The position numbers and the translations under genes are program-made. A stretch of 64,000 nt of DNA, taken from the NCBI GenBank assembly GCA_964617585.1, contig CAZTXS010000007.1:11446-75445 (forward strand). Direction: 5' to 3'. Positions 40,303 through 50,493 of this stretch are shown here, piece by piece. The notes below the pieces were generated by a model. That model saw only the letters and a list, made by a program, of their open reading frames with translations, made no database searches and was not told the DNA's origin. Every line of letters starts with the position of its first letter. Position 1 is the first letter of the stretch. Source of the DNA: an uncultured Ruminococcus sp. (GTDB lineage: Bacteria; Bacillota; Clostridia; Oscillospirales; Ruminococcaceae).

Positions 40303-41490
40303 TTAATAGTCGAACTCTATTTTATTTATATCTCTGTAACCCATAAAGTATATATTTCCGTCTATATATTCAAAATCAACATAATCGTTCTGAACATTTG
40401 CCGTTGAGATTGACTTTCCTCTTGCATTATAAGCAGATATAGTTTTATCAGTCAGGACAAAGGTATGAGAAAAATATGTTTTTATGATTTTTATTTTTTC
40501 ATCAACCGTCGTTTCAACAGGCTCGGAATCAGATTCAATAAGCACAAGCTTTGAGGTTCCGTCCTCGCTTACGCTGTCAAAAGCCAGCGATAATGAATCC
40601 TCGTTTGAATCAAAGGATACAAGCTGAGATTTATAAAGATATTCCTTCTCAATTTCTCCGCTTGAAGAAAGCTTCAGATATTTGTCCTGACAAACCGCCC
40701 ATATGCTGTTATCGCTCATTTGACGAGTTCCCAAAACCAAAGAATCTATTTTTTCACTTGTAAAGGTATTCTCCGTCTTGCTGAAGGTTATTCCGTTCAG
40801 CGAAGAGGACGGCAGGCCGTTTTCAGCGTCAAGCGTAGCGACTATAGCTCCGCTGCCTGAAGAAGTAAAATCAACGCTTGTGATTCTCTTTCCGTCAGCC
40901 CATTTAAAGCACTCGTTCCCCTTGCTGTCATAAACAGTAAGATACGACGGGTATTTTTCAGTTTCTGTTACCACTGCGATATAATTGCTTTCGCTTATTT
41001 TAGCACTTATAATCACATTGTCAAGTGTTTTTTTGAAAACCTCGCCCTTTTTTGTCATCACCGAAAACGAATAACCGTTTAAATCATATGCCAGAACCAT
41101 ATCGGAAGAAGCTGAAAGCATAGGATTAGTAAGCGTATGCTGTATTGAATTTATCTTATCCGCATTATCATCGAAAAATGTTATATAAGTATCGGTTGCA
41201 ACAACAAGGTTCTCGTCGCATTCTGTAAACTCAGAGGAAGTTGCGTCCTCGCCCAGACTGATAGGAAAATTACCCTCGGCAAGCTCTCCGTTGTTTACAA
41301 TTGTTTCCTGAGTTTTTTCAAGTATGTCGTATACATAAGGCGACCAAATACCCCTGGTGAAGAAAATTACCGCAGCAACAGCTATAACAAAGCCTACCAA
41401 AGCTATTTTTTTTATGTTCTTTTTTAGTTTTTTCTTTTTTCGCTCTTTTCTGATGTCCGTCTGAAACGGTTTCTGCGGCTCATAATCCAT
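40303..41490 (-). CDS. Hypothetical N-terminally anchored extracytoplasmic protein
   Basis: Basic N-terminus (RKERKKKKLKKN), a single TM helix, then about 330 aa predicted to be beta-rich. No family recognised with confidence. Confidence 0.4.
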   Translation of the reverse strand: MDYEPQKPFQTDIRKERKKKKLKKNIKKIALVGFVIAVAAVIFFTRGIWSPYVYDILEKTQETIVNNGELAEGNFPISLGEDATSSEFTECDENLVVATDTYITFFDDNADKINSIQHTLTNPMLSASSDMVLAYDLNGYSFSVMTKKGEVFKKTLDNVIISAKISESNYIAVVTETEKYPSYLTVYDSKGNECFKWADGKRITSVDFTSSGSGAIVATLDAENGLPSSSLNGITFSKTENTFTSEKIDSLVLGTRQMSDNSIWAVCQDKYLKLSSSGEIEKEYLYKSQLVSFDSNEDSLSLAFDSVSEDGTSKLVLIESDSEPVETTVDEKIKIIKTYFSHTFVLTDKTISAYNARGKSISTANVQNDYVDFEYIDGNIYFMGYRDINKIEFDY

Positions 41491-41534
41491 TTGTTCTCAC
41501 TCCCTGTTTTACAGCCTTTCTTTTGTCATTTATA

Positions 41535-41677
41535 TTCAATAAGGGCTTGCCCGTCATTCAATGCGGCAAGGGTCGGCATTGTCGACCGGCCGTTCAGTAG
41601 GGGATTGTATCCAGCTACTGACCGGGTAATGTAACCCGCCGCCTATAGATGCGGGGACATCTTGCCTTAGTTGTTTA
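41535..41677 (+). repeat. Modular intergenic repeat, copy C7 (L-M1-M2-R); the consensus reads on the + strand
   Basis: TTCAATAAGGGCTTGCCCGTCATTCAATGCGGCAAGGGTCGGCATTGTCGACCGGCCGTTCAGTAGGGGATTGTATCCAGCTACTGACCGGGTAATGTAACCCGCCGCCTATAGATGCGGGGACATCTTGCCTTAGTTGTTT. It lies between truA and the next gene of the same strand. Confidence 0.9.
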
Positions 41678-41690
41678 ATTCACTTTCATA

Positions 41691-42431
41691 TCAATAAAAT
41701 ACTCTGTTCAAATGCAGTCCGCAGGCAGAAGCCGTCCTGCCGGCATTTTTTCTGTCCTTACTTTTAATAATTTCGGGTATATCCTCTTCTTTTATCTTCC
41801 CCTCGTTTACAAACAGGAGAGTTCCCACCATAATTCTAACCATATTATATAAAAAGCCGTCGCCCGAAACTGTCATAATAACCTTATCATTTTCCCTTAC
41901 AACATCAAAGCTGTAAATAGTTCTTACCGTGTTTGCCTTTTCATTCGCTTCAGAACAAAAGCTTCTGAAATCATGCGTTCCTACAAAATGCTTCGCCGCT
42001 CTGTCAAGAAGCTTTTCATCAATCGGATACCAGTATTTATACGCCTGAGTCCGCAGAAAAGGATTTTTCACTTCATTGTTATGGATAATATATTTATATT
42101 CTTTTCCTACGCAATTATATCTCGCATGAAAATCTTCCGCCGCCTCTTCGCAGGAAAGCACTGCAATATCGTCGGGAAGCTTTGAGTTAAGAGCGAAAAC
42201 AATCCCTCTGGGATTTATTTTTATATCACGCCCGCACTTAAATGAAAAATAATACTCGTCTGCGTGAACTCCCGTATCGGTTCTTGAACAGCCGAAAATA
42301 GTTATATCCTGCAAAAAAAGTTTTTTCAGGGCGGATTCAACAACCTCCTGAACGGTAAGCGCATTATCCTGTCTTTGAAATCCATGGTATGAGCTTCCGT
42401 CATATGCCATTTTAACTTTATAATTTCTCAT
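41691..42431 (-). CDS. truA: tRNA pseudouridine(38-40) synthase
   Basis: YDGSSYHGFQRQ and CSRTDTGVHA catalytic Asp motif. It follows ecfT as in most Firmicutes. Confidence 0.9.
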   Translation of the reverse strand: MRNYKVKMAYDGSSYHGFQRQDNALTVQEVVESALKKLFLQDITIFGCSRTDTGVHADEYYFSFKCGRDIKINPRGIVFALNSKLPDDIAVLSCEEAAEDFHARYNCVGKEYKYIIHNNEVKNPFLRTQAYKYWYPIDEKLLDRAAKHFVGTHDFRSFCSEANEKANTVRTIYSFDVVRENDKVIMTVSGDGFLYNMVRIMVGTLLFVNEGKIKEEDIPEIIKSKDRKNAGRTASACGLHLNRVFY

Positions 42432-42446
42432 TTTACTATTTCCCGG

Positions 42447-43256
42447 TTAAAATAATCTGTTAATCACAATAACCCCTGCCAAAAACGCACAGGTTATAAA
42501 TAAAGACGCTATATCTCTTAAAGCTATATGAAGCTGCTTCAGCCTTGTTCTTCCCTCGCCGCCGTGATAGCATCTGCACTCCATAGCCATAGCAAGCTCC
42601 TCAGCCCGCCTGAAAGCCGATACAAAAAGCGGAATCAGCACAGGTACCAAAGCCTTGGCTCTCCGGATAAGGGAACCGGTTTCCATATCCGCTCCCCTTG
42701 CCTTTTGTGCCGACATTATCTTATCGGTTTCTTCTATAAGGGTAGGTATAAACCGCAAAGCTATCGTCATCATCATAGAAAGCTCATGCACAGGCGCTTT
42801 AATTTTTTTTAGCGGGGAAAGAAGTCTTTCAATAGCGTCCGTCAAAGCGATAGGGGACGTTGTGTATGTTAAAAGCGAAGTCCCTATAATAAGACAGACG
42901 ATTCTTACTACCATAAAAACTGACGTCTGCAATCCGTCTGAAGTGATTTTAAATATCCATAAATGTATTAAAACATCACCCGTGCTTATAAAAAACAAAT
43001 TCAGAACCGCTGTGAAAATAATAATCGGGATAATAGGCTTTATACTTTTTGCCATAAGCCGGAGCGGAATCCCCGACAGCAAAAACGAACCAATCATAAA
43101 TATAATTCCTACTGTAAGCGAAATAATTGATTTTGCCGTGAACAAAAGAGCTATAAACACACCTGTCAATATTATTTTCATTCTCGGGTCTAATCTGTGA
43201 ATAATCGACTTGCCGGGAAAAAACTGTCCAATTGTAATATCCTTAAGCAAATCCAC
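42447..43256 (-). CDS. ecfT: Energy-coupling factor transporter transmembrane subunit
   Basis: CbiQ-family polytopic protein with the ARG coupling motifs (SAQKARGAD, RRAEELAMAMECR). Confidence 0.85.
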   Translation of the reverse strand: MDLLKDITIGQFFPGKSIIHRLDPRMKIILTGVFIALLFTAKSIISLTVGIIFMIGSFLLSGIPLRLMAKSIKPIIPIIIFTAVLNLFFISTGDVLIHLWIFKITSDGLQTSVFMVVRIVCLIIGTSLLTYTTSPIALTDAIERLLSPLKKIKAPVHELSMMMTIALRFIPTLIEETDKIMSAQKARGADMETGSLIRRAKALVPVLIPLFVSAFRRAEELAMAMECRCYHGGEGRTRLKQLHIALRDIASLFITCAFLAGVIVINRLF

Positions 43257-43307
43257 TCACCCCGGAGCTTTTAAAACTTATATTTCTCAAAAACAAAAAT
43301 CTCTTTT

Positions 43308-44348
43308 CTATAATAACGTCTGACCGTCTTTCAGCAAACCTAAATGCTTATATGCAAGCTCGGTCGCGCAGCGCCCTCTCGGAGTTCGGGAAACAAACCC
43401 GAGCTGCATTAAATACGGCTCGCACACATCCTCTATAGTGACCGCTTCTTCGCCCAAAGCCGAAGCCAAGGTTTCAAGACCTACAGGACCGCCGTTATAA
43501 CCCTTTATCATCATGGTCAAAAGACGTCTGTCAAGACTGTCAAGTCCGAGATGGTCAACCTCCATGCGGTCAAGGGCTATCTGAACTATATCTTTCGTCA
43601 CTTTACCGTTTCCCATAACCTCTGCAAAATCACGAACACGCTTTAAAAACCTGTTGGCTATTCTCGGCGTGCCTCTCGAACGGCCGGCAAGCTCCATTGC
43701 GCCCTCTCTGTCGCAGGCAATACCCAAAATAACAGACGAACGCATTATAATATCGCAAAGCTCTTCTTTTGAATACAGCTCAAGCCTTTGAATAACTCCG
43801 AACCTATCACGAAGCGGAGAGGTAAGCTGTCCGGCTCTGGTTGTAGCCCCAACCAATGTAAACTTATTTAAATCAAGTCTTATACTTCTGGCGCTCGGTC
43901 CTTTTCCTATAATTATATCCAGAGCGTAATCCTCAAGAGCCGGATATAAAACCTCTTCAATAGCCCTTGAAAGACGGTGTATTTCGTCGATGAACAGAAC
44001 GTCGCCCTCCTGAAGATTTGTAAGAAGCGCAGCCAAATCCCCCGGTTTTTCAATGGCAGGACCTGACGTCACTCTGAAATTAACTCCCATCTCATGAGCG
44101 ATTATACCTGAAAGGGTAGTCTTTCCGAGCCCCGGAGGTCCGTACAAAAGCACATGATCCAAAGCGTCCCCGCGCTTTTTAGCAGCCTCAATAAAAATCT
44201 TTAAATTCTCTTTTACCTTCTCCTGCCCGATATATTCATCGAGGGTTTTAGGCCTTAAACTCAGGTCAACGTCGTCTGTCGTATCAGACTTTATGACTTC
44301 AGGAGCGACTATTCTGTTTTCAAGGTCAAAGTCATTCGTTTCTATCAT
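43308..44348 (-). CDS. ruvB: Holliday junction branch migration helicase RuvB
   Basis: [19 protein letters not shown], the GPPGLGKTT Walker A, the DEIHRL Walker B, and a C-terminal winged helix. Confidence 0.9.
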   Translation of the reverse strand: MIETNDFDLENRIVAPEVIKSDTTDDVDLSLRPKTLDEYIGQEKVKENLKIFIEAAKKRGDALDHVLLYGPPGLGKTTLSGIIAHEMGVNFRVTSGPAIEKPGDLAALLTNLQEGDVLFIDEIHRLSRAIEEVLYPALEDYALDIIIGKGPSARSIRLDLNKFTLVGATTRAGQLTSPLRDRFGVIQRLELYSKEELCDIIMRSSVILGIACDREGAMELAGRSRGTPRIANRFLKRVRDFAEVMGNGKVTKDIVQIALDRMEVDHLGLDSLDRRLLTMMIKGYNGGPVGLETLASALGEEAVTIEDVCEPYLMQLGFVSRTPRGRCATELAYKHLGLLKDGQTLL

Positions 44349-44382
44349 AACTGTTCCTTTCCGGTTTTCTCACAGATGAAAT

Positions 44383-45243
44383 TTACTCTTGCTTTCCAAG
44401 AAGCTTAATAATCAGCTTTTTGGCATAGTCCACTGTATAAACATCTTCCTCTATCGGTATTCCCAACGCTTTAAGCCTGTTAAAAACCCTTGTCACCTGG
44501 GGAACGGACAATCCCATTTTCTGAAGCTCGTCTGCTCTTTTAAAAACATTTACGGGAGAGTCATAGCAAAACAGCTTAGAATTATTCATAACAAGGATTT
44601 TAGAAGCATTTTTTGCAACGTCCTCCATTGAATGGGAAACAAGCATTACAGTGTTCTTCTTTTCCTCGTGATACTCTTTGATCTGTCCTAAAATTCTATC
44701 TCTGCCCTTAGGGTCTAACCCTGCCGTAGGCTCGTCCAGAATAAGTACCTTAGGCTCCATAGCCATAACGCCTGCAATAGCGGCTCTTCTCTTCTGACCG
44801 CCCGAAAGCTCAAACGGAGATTTCTCTAAAACGACCGAATCCAGTCCTACCAGCCTTGCCGTTTCTTTTATCCGCCTGTCGATTTCGTCATCGTCAAGCC
44901 CCATATTCTTTGGCCCGAAAGCAATATCCTTATACACCGTTTCTTCAAAAAGCTGATATTCAGGATACTGAAACACAAGACCTACCTTAAACCGCATTTC
45001 ATGAAGCTTTTTTTTGTCTTCCCATAAAAGCTCCTCTCCGTCAATGAAAATCCTGCCTCTTGTCGCCTTTAAAAGACCGTTGAAATGCTGAATCAAGGTT
45101 GATTTTCCGCTTCCCGTATGTCCTATAATCCCGACAAACTCGCCTTCTTCAATCTCTATATTTACATTGTCCACGGCAGTATGCTCGAAAGGGGTTTTTT
45201 CGCCGTAGATATATGTTAAGTTTTCCGTTTTAATAATTGATAT
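44383..45243 (-). CDS. ecfA2: Energy-coupling factor transporter ATPase EcfA2; the conserved N-terminus extends upstream of the first canonical start codon
   Basis: The track ORF begins at GTG 45174 ([13 protein letters not shown]). The in-frame upstream sequence encodes [23 protein letters not shown], the conserved first beta-strands of EcfA. ATA at 45243..45241 sits 6 nt after GAGAGAGGG, and no ATG/GTG/TTG is in frame there. Confidence 0.6.
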   Translation of the reverse strand: MSIIKTENLTYIYGEKTPFEHTAVDNVNIEIEEGEFVGIIGHTGSGKSTLIQHFNGLLKATRGRIFIDGEELLWEDKKKLHEMRFKVGLVFQYPEYQLFEETVYKDIAFGPKNMGLDDDEIDRRIKETARLVGLDSVVLEKSPFELSGGQKRRAAIAGVMAMEPKVLILDEPTAGLDPKGRDRILGQIKEYHEEKKNTVMLVSHSMEDVAKNASKILVMNNSKLFCYDSPVNVFKRADELQKMGLSVPQVTRVFNRLKALGIPIEEDVYTVDYAKKLIIKLLGKQE

Positions 45244-45271
45244 TTTAATCCCTCTCTCTGAAGTTAATGCA

Positions 45272-46135
45272 TTAAGCCTGTTTTAAAAGCCTCTCAAGAG
45301 CGTGAACGCACTCATCCTCGGTGATTATTTCACTGTCAAGCTCAATGCCCTCGTCAATAAGCATATGAGTAAGCTCTGTTACCTGCGGAACGTCAAGACC
45401 TATGCTTTTAAGCTCCTCTACTCTTGAAAAAACCTTTTTCGGAACATCGTTCATAACTATTTTGCCGCTGTCCATAACGACTATCCGCTCCGCCTGAGCA
45501 GCCTCGTCCATATAGTGGGTTATCAGCACTATAGTTACACCGAATTCTTCATTCAGCATTTTTATAGTCTTTATAACTTCTTTTCTTCCCTTTGGGTCAA
45601 GCATGGCGGTAGGCTCGTCAAGTAAAATGCAATCGGGACGCATAGCTATTATTCCTGCGATTGCAACCCTCTGCTTCTGACCGCCCGAAAGCTTATGAGG
45701 TGCGTGCTCGCGGTATTCGTACATACCTACGGTCTTCAAAGCCTCGTCAACGCGTCTGCGAATCTCATTCGGCTCAACTCCCATATTTTCAAGTGCGAAT
45801 GCAACGTCCTCCTCAACTATTGTCGCAACTATCTGATTATCGGGGTTTTGAAAAACCATACCCACAGATTGACGAATATCAAGCAAATGCTCGTCGTCAC
45901 GGGTATTGAAGCCGTTGACTATAATGTCGCCCTTTTCGGGTATGTTAATGCCGTTAAAGCACTTGACAAGAGTGGATTTGCCGCTTCCGTTATGCCCTAA
46001 AACTGCGACAAATTCACCCTTATCAACTGAAAAATTTAAATCTTTAAAAACGGTGTTCTTTTTAACGTTCTCGCTTTCGTCTGTTTCATTTATATATGAA
46101 AACGAAATATTTTTTGCTTCTATAAATTTAGACAT
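45272..46135 (-). CDS. ecfA1: Energy-coupling factor transporter ATPase EcfA1
   Basis: ABC ATPase with [22 protein letters not shown] and [10 protein letters not shown] motifs, and an EcfA-type C-terminal extension. Confidence 0.85.
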   Translation of the reverse strand: MSKFIEAKNISFSYINETDESENVKKNTVFKDLNFSVDKGEFVAVLGHNGSGKSTLVKCFNGINIPEKGDIIVNGFNTRDDEHLLDIRQSVGMVFQNPDNQIVATIVEEDVAFALENMGVEPNEIRRRVDEALKTVGMYEYREHAPHKLSGGQKQRVAIAGIIAMRPDCILLDEPTAMLDPKGRKEVIKTIKMLNEEFGVTIVLITHYMDEAAQAERIVVMDSGKIVMNDVPKKVFSRVEELKSIGLDVPQVTELTHMLIDEGIELDSEIITEDECVHALERLLKQA

Positions 46136-46163
46136 TTTCGCAATTCAAATCTCCCTTTGAAAG

Positions 46164-47030
46164 TCACTTTCTCTGCCAAATTGCAGTGGAACCGCAGGGC
46201 AAAATTCCTCCCGTTGATTCAACAGGCAAGCCTATCTCATCAGCGGTTACTTCACCGCCCTGCTTATCTTTAAGTATATCCTCAAGAATATATTTCATAA
46301 CCGACGGAGAAAGCCCCGTTGTATAACTGTTCAGAAGGAAAAACAAAGGATTGTCGGAAAGAACCTCAGAACACACTTTAACCAAATCGTAAACGCTGTC
46401 CTCAAGCTTCCATATCTCTCCACCCGGACCTCTGCCGTAGCTCGGCGGGTCCATTACAACTGCGTCATATAAATTTCCCCGTCTTATCTCACGGCGAACA
46501 AACTTTTCACAATCATCAACCAGCCAGCGGATAGGCTTATCGGACAATCCGGACAACCCGGCGTTATCTCTCGCCCACTGAACCATGCCCTTTGAAGCGT
46601 CAACATGAGCAACCTGAGCGCCCGCTTCAGCGCACGCAAGAGTTGCCCCTCCGGTATAGGCAAACAAGTTGAGTACCTTAATCGGCCTGCTCGCATTTCT
46701 GATTTTATCAGCCATAAAATCCCAGTTGACAGCCTGTTCGGGGAAAAGCCCCGTATGCTTAAAGCCTGTCGGACGAATATTGAACCTCAGCTTTTCATAT
46801 GAAATCTGCCAAGATTCGGGAAGCCGTCTGTTATACTCCCACTCGCCGCCGCCTTTCGCCGAACGGTGATAGACAGCATGCGCCTTGCTCCACAAATCAG
46901 ATTTGCGGTCGGACTTCCAAATAATCTGAGGATCGGGGCGAACAAGAAGCTTTCCGCCCCAGCTCTCAAGCTTATCGCCTGATGACGTGTCAATTATTTT
47001 ATAGTCCTTCCAATTATCTGCTGATCTCAT
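46164..47030 (-). CDS. Class I SAM-dependent methyltransferase (RlmI/RlmK-like core without a PUA domain)
   Basis: VLNLFAYTGGATLA SAM motif I and a VVMDPPSYG motif IV, typical of the PF10672-like rRNA methyltransferase group. Confidence 0.6.
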   Translation of the reverse strand: MRSADNWKDYKIIDTSSGDKLESWGGKLLVRPDPQIIWKSDRKSDLWSKAHAVYHRSAKGGGEWEYNRRLPESWQISYEKLRFNIRPTGFKHTGLFPEQAVNWDFMADKIRNASRPIKVLNLFAYTGGATLACAEAGAQVAHVDASKGMVQWARDNAGLSGLSDKPIRWLVDDCEKFVRREIRRGNLYDAVVMDPPSYGRGPGGEIWKLEDSVYDLVKVCSEVLSDNPLFFLLNSYTTGLSPSVMKYILEDILKDKQGGEVTADEIGLPVESTGGILPCGSTAIWQRK

Positions 47031-47063
47031 TAAACATTATCCTTATTATAAAACTAACGCCGA

Positions 47064-48419
47064 TTATTTTACGCCGAACTTAACCTGCAGCGCATGAGCA
47101 ATCGTTTTCGCATAATCGGTTATAATTCCTAAGTGCTTGCCCTCAATCATAACTCTGATAAGCGGCTCTGTTCCCGACTCACGAACCAAAATTCTTCCGT
47201 CGTCGCCGAGCTTTTCTTTATAGTCCTCTATAAACGTACTTACCTCAGGCTCCTGAGCCCATACTCCCTTATATTTCGGGTCGATAGCAACGTTTTCTAG
47301 AACCTGCGGATATTCTTCCATAATTGCGGCAAGCTCGGACGCTTTAGCTCCAGTGTTCACCATTATTTCCAAAAGCTTAGCGCCTGTCAGTTCTCCATCT
47401 CCCGTATTTGAATCATCTAAGAAAATAATATGTCCCGACTGCTCTCCTCCGATATTATATCCGCCGTTTTGCATTTCCTCTAAAACATATCTGTCGCCGA
47501 CGTTGGTCGTTGCGGCAATGATATTTTCATTCTTGGCGTATTTAAAAAATCCAAGGTTAGTCATAACGGTCACAACGCAGGTATTGTGGCGGAGTGTGCC
47601 TTTAGCCTTCATATATTTAGAGAAGATTGAAAGAAGCTTATCGCCGTTGATTATCTTTCCGTTTTCATCGCAGGCAAGACATCTGTCAGCATCTCCGTCA
47701 AAAGCAATTCCCACGTGACACTTATTAGTGACAACGTGTTTGCACAATCTCTCCATATGAGTTGAACCGCAGGCGTCATTGATATTCGTGCCGTCAGGTC
47801 GGTTATTTATAAAATAGCAACTCGCTCCAAGTCCCTGAAACAGCTTAACGGCGCATGAAGAAGCCGAACCGTTCGCACAGTCAATCGCAACCTTAATTCC
47901 TTTAAAATCACAGTCAACAGTTTTCATAATATATCTTACATAATCCCATTCGGCGTTCTTTTCTTCAAAAACCCTGCCTATCTTAGTACCGTTTAAAATT
48001 TCAATCTTTTCAGGTGTGTCCAGAATAAGAGCTTCAATCTCGTCCTGGATTTTATCATCAAGTTTAAAGCCTGAGCCTGAAAACAGCTTAATGCCGTTAA
48101 ACTCAACCGAATTATGCGAAGCTGAAATCATTACTCCTGCGTCTGCATTATACTTATTTACAAGCATTGCAACAGCAGGCGTAGGAACTACTCCGAGCCT
48201 ATGAGCGTCCGCTCCCACAGAACAGATACCTGATATCAAAGCAGCTTCAAGAACATCGCTTGAAATTCTCGTATCCTTTCCTATCAGTATTTTTGCCTTA
48301 TGTCTTATCTCTTTCGTGAGAACGATAGCAGCGGCTCTTCCTATCTGCATAGCCATTTCACAGGTAAGCTCAGTTATAGCTATTCCTCTTGCACCGTCTG
48401 TACCAAAAAGTCTTCCCAT
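47064..48419 (-). CDS. glmM: Phosphoglucosamine mutase
   Basis: MGRLFGTDGARG N-terminus, the SASHNS active-site serine loop, and a GEQSGH sugar-binding loop. The start is set at ATG 48419, with GGAG 9 nt upstream. Confidence 0.9.
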   Translation of the reverse strand: MGRLFGTDGARGIAITELTCEMAMQIGRAAAIVLTKEIRHKAKILIGKDTRISSDVLEAALISGICSVGADAHRLGVVPTPAVAMLVNKYNADAGVMISASHNSVEFNGIKLFSGSGFKLDDKIQDEIEALILDTPEKIEILNGTKIGRVFEEKNAEWDYVRYIMKTVDCDFKGIKVAIDCANGSASSCAVKLFQGLGASCYFINNRPDGTNINDACGSTHMERLCKHVVTNKCHVGIAFDGDADRCLACDENGKIINGDKLLSIFSKYMKAKGTLRHNTCVVTVMTNLGFFKYAKNENIIAATTNVGDRYVLEEMQNGGYNIGGEQSGHIIFLDDSNTGDGELTGAKLLEIMVNTGAKASELAAIMEEYPQVLENVAIDPKYKGVWAQEPEVSTFIEDYKEKLGDDGRILVRESGTEPLIRVMIEGKHLGIITDYAKTIAHALQVKFGVK

Positions 48420-48499
48420 CTTCATTATCTCCTTTTCTTCATTAAAATAAAAATATATAAGATAATAAGCCTTTTTCATCAAAGACCTGAAATCTCCCG

Positions 48500-49201
48500 T
48501 TAAAACAAGCTTCTGTACATCTTGTCGTCAGAAAGCTGAACCAGAACGCTCATTGCACATTCTTCTATAAAATCCAACATCCTGTTATATGTAATGTACT
48601 TAGGCGATTTATAGTTGTTTTTCTTATTATCGAAAAACTTATCGCAAACCCACCATTTGCTTCCCGAAAGCTCCTCATGTATAAGCAGACCTTCAACTGA
48701 ATATCCCCATTCCTTATAAAGCTCTTCACGAACGTTTCTTGTAAACGGATATTCCCTCGCTAAGCGGTAATCAATATCGTCTAAATCTAACATAAAGCCG
48801 TCGAAAAACTCTTTTCCGTAATCGGAATTCTCATCAGCATTTATCGCTTTCATATATTCCGGGCGAACCGTTTTCATAAACAGCTCGTCAGTTAGAAGAT
48901 GAACCACATAGCCCTTTAAAAAATCGTTATACTTATTTCCCTTAATTATCCTTTCTTCAATGAAGCCGTTTACTCTTTCATGAAAAAGCTTTTGATTTTC
49001 CTCTGTCAAAAATTCAGAATCTCTTATTCCCTCTCTTAAATGAGTCCTCTTTTTATCCTCTCTTGAAAAGCCTTCTCTTGCATGAATGGCGTCCGGTCCG
49101 ATGCTTCCGCAATAGAAAAGCGGAATGTTTTCAAACGCCTTATCTCCTGTTATTTCAATTATCTTATCAGCAACTGCAATATGTGTAATCGAACCCGGCA
49201 T
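48500..49201 (-). CDS. Hypothetical protein resembling the zinc-dependent phospholipase C-like family
   Basis: The pattern MPGSITHIAVA...GSIGPDAIH...HLLTDE recalls Zn-dependent PLC-like proteins common in Clostridia. The assignment is tentative. Confidence 0.35.
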   Translation of the reverse strand: MPGSITHIAVADKIIEITGDKAFENIPLFYCGSIGPDAIHAREGFSREDKKRTHLREGIRDSEFLTEENQKLFHERVNGFIEERIIKGNKYNDFLKGYVVHLLTDELFMKTVRPEYMKAINADENSDYGKEFFDGFMLDLDDIDYRLAREYPFTRNVREELYKEWGYSVEGLLIHEELSGSKWWVCDKFFDNKKNNYKSPKYITYNRMLDFIEECAMSVLVQLSDDKMYRSLF

Positions 49202-49229
49202 TAATGTATTCCCCCTTGTTAATTTTTAT

Positions 49230-49829
49230 CTACATTCCGGCAAGACCTTTTAACGCCTGTTTTATCATTTCTTCAACCGGCGTATCTTTATCCATCGCCG
49301 CTATTATGCGTGAAGCGTCAGATTGAGAATATCCAAGCACCACAAGAGCGGAAACTGCCTCAGCAGCATTGCCTGAAGCCGCCGCCGAAAGGTCAACGTC
49401 TCTATTATCCGCCATAAGATCCGTTTCCTTTGAAATTTTGTCTTTAAGCTCCAACACAATTCTCTGCGCAACCTTAGGACCTACTCCCTTTGCCCGGGTA
49501 AACGTCTTTGCGTCGCCCGACGCCACGGCAAGAATGAAAGACTGAGGGTCGCAGACAGATAATATGGCAAGCCCCGCTTTAGGTCCTACTCCCGAAACCG
49601 AAGTCAGAAGCTCAAACGCATGAAGCTCGTCTAAAGTTGCAAAACCGTACAACGAAACATCGTCCTCTCTCACAACCATAGAGGTATATAAGGTTACGTC
49701 GCCTGACGCTCCCTGAATCTGACCTATTGTAGAAAGAGTTGTATTACAAGCATATCCTACTCCTGCGCATTCTATGACTGCAAGATCATTTTCACAGTGA
49801 ATAAGCTTGCCCCTGACGCTGTAAATCAT
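49230..49829 (-). CDS. ruvA: Holliday junction DNA-binding protein RuvA
   Basis: MIYSVRGKL OB-fold N-terminus, two HhH motifs (VSGVGPKAGLAIL, KGVGPKVAQRIVLEL), and C-terminal domain III. Confidence 0.9.
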   Translation of the reverse strand: MIYSVRGKLIHCENDLAVIECAGVGYACNTTLSTIGQIQGASGDVTLYTSMVVREDDVSLYGFATLDELHAFELLTSVSGVGPKAGLAILSVCDPQSFILAVASGDAKTFTRAKGVGPKVAQRIVLELKDKISKETDLMADNRDVDLSAAASGNAAEAVSALVVLGYSQSDASRIIAAMDKDTPVEEMIKQALKGLAGM

Positions 49830-49830
49830 A

Positions 49831-50328
49831 TTATCTCAAATCTCCATATACTAAATTTGACTGGGACGAATGTCCGTGAGTGATAGCCAATGCCAAAGCA
49901 TCGGCGGTATCGTCGGGCTTCGGAACCTTCTTCAGACCCAGAATTGACCTTGTAAGCTCCTGAACCTGCTTTTTTTCTGCTCTGCCGTAGCCGACGACAG
50001 ACTGCTTAACCTGGAGAGGAGTATATTCACTAACCTTAATCCCCCGCTCAATAGCCGAAAGAAGTATAACGCCCCTCGCCTGGGCAACGTCTATTACCGT
50101 CTTTTGGTTAGTATTGAAAAACAGCTTTTCAATCCCCATTTCATCGGGAGAGTATTTGTCAAGTATCTCGCACATATCGTCATAGACGGTCTTAATTCTC
50201 AGCTCAAAGGACGTATGAGCTTGAGTAGTTATTGCGCCGAAATTGACAACCTGAAAATCATTACCCTTATAATCAACCACCCCGAAGCCTATAATTGCAT
50301 ATCCGGGATCTATGCCGATTATCCTCAT
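49831..50328 (-). CDS. ruvC: Crossover junction endodeoxyribonuclease RuvC
   Basis: MRIIGIDPGYAIIGFG with the catalytic Asp, and a C-terminal DDTADALALAITH. The start is set at ATG 50328, with GGTGAG 7 nt upstream. Confidence 0.9.
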   Translation of the reverse strand: MRIIGIDPGYAIIGFGVVDYKGNDFQVVNFGAITTQAHTSFELRIKTVYDDMCEILDKYSPDEMGIEKLFFNTNQKTVIDVAQARGVILLSAIERGIKVSEYTPLQVKQSVVGYGRAEKKQVQELTRSILGLKKVPKPDDTADALALAITHGHSSQSNLVYGDLR

Positions 50329-50493
50329 ACTTAAACTCACCAACCAGATAAAACCTATACTGAATACTATTTAAAAACAAGCAATATTACCTCAGTATAT
50401 TAATAATTAATTATAGCACCTATACATAAAAAATGCAAGTGATAATAACATTTACTTCCTGAGCTAAAAAGCATCGCTAAAGACGCTTTAACA

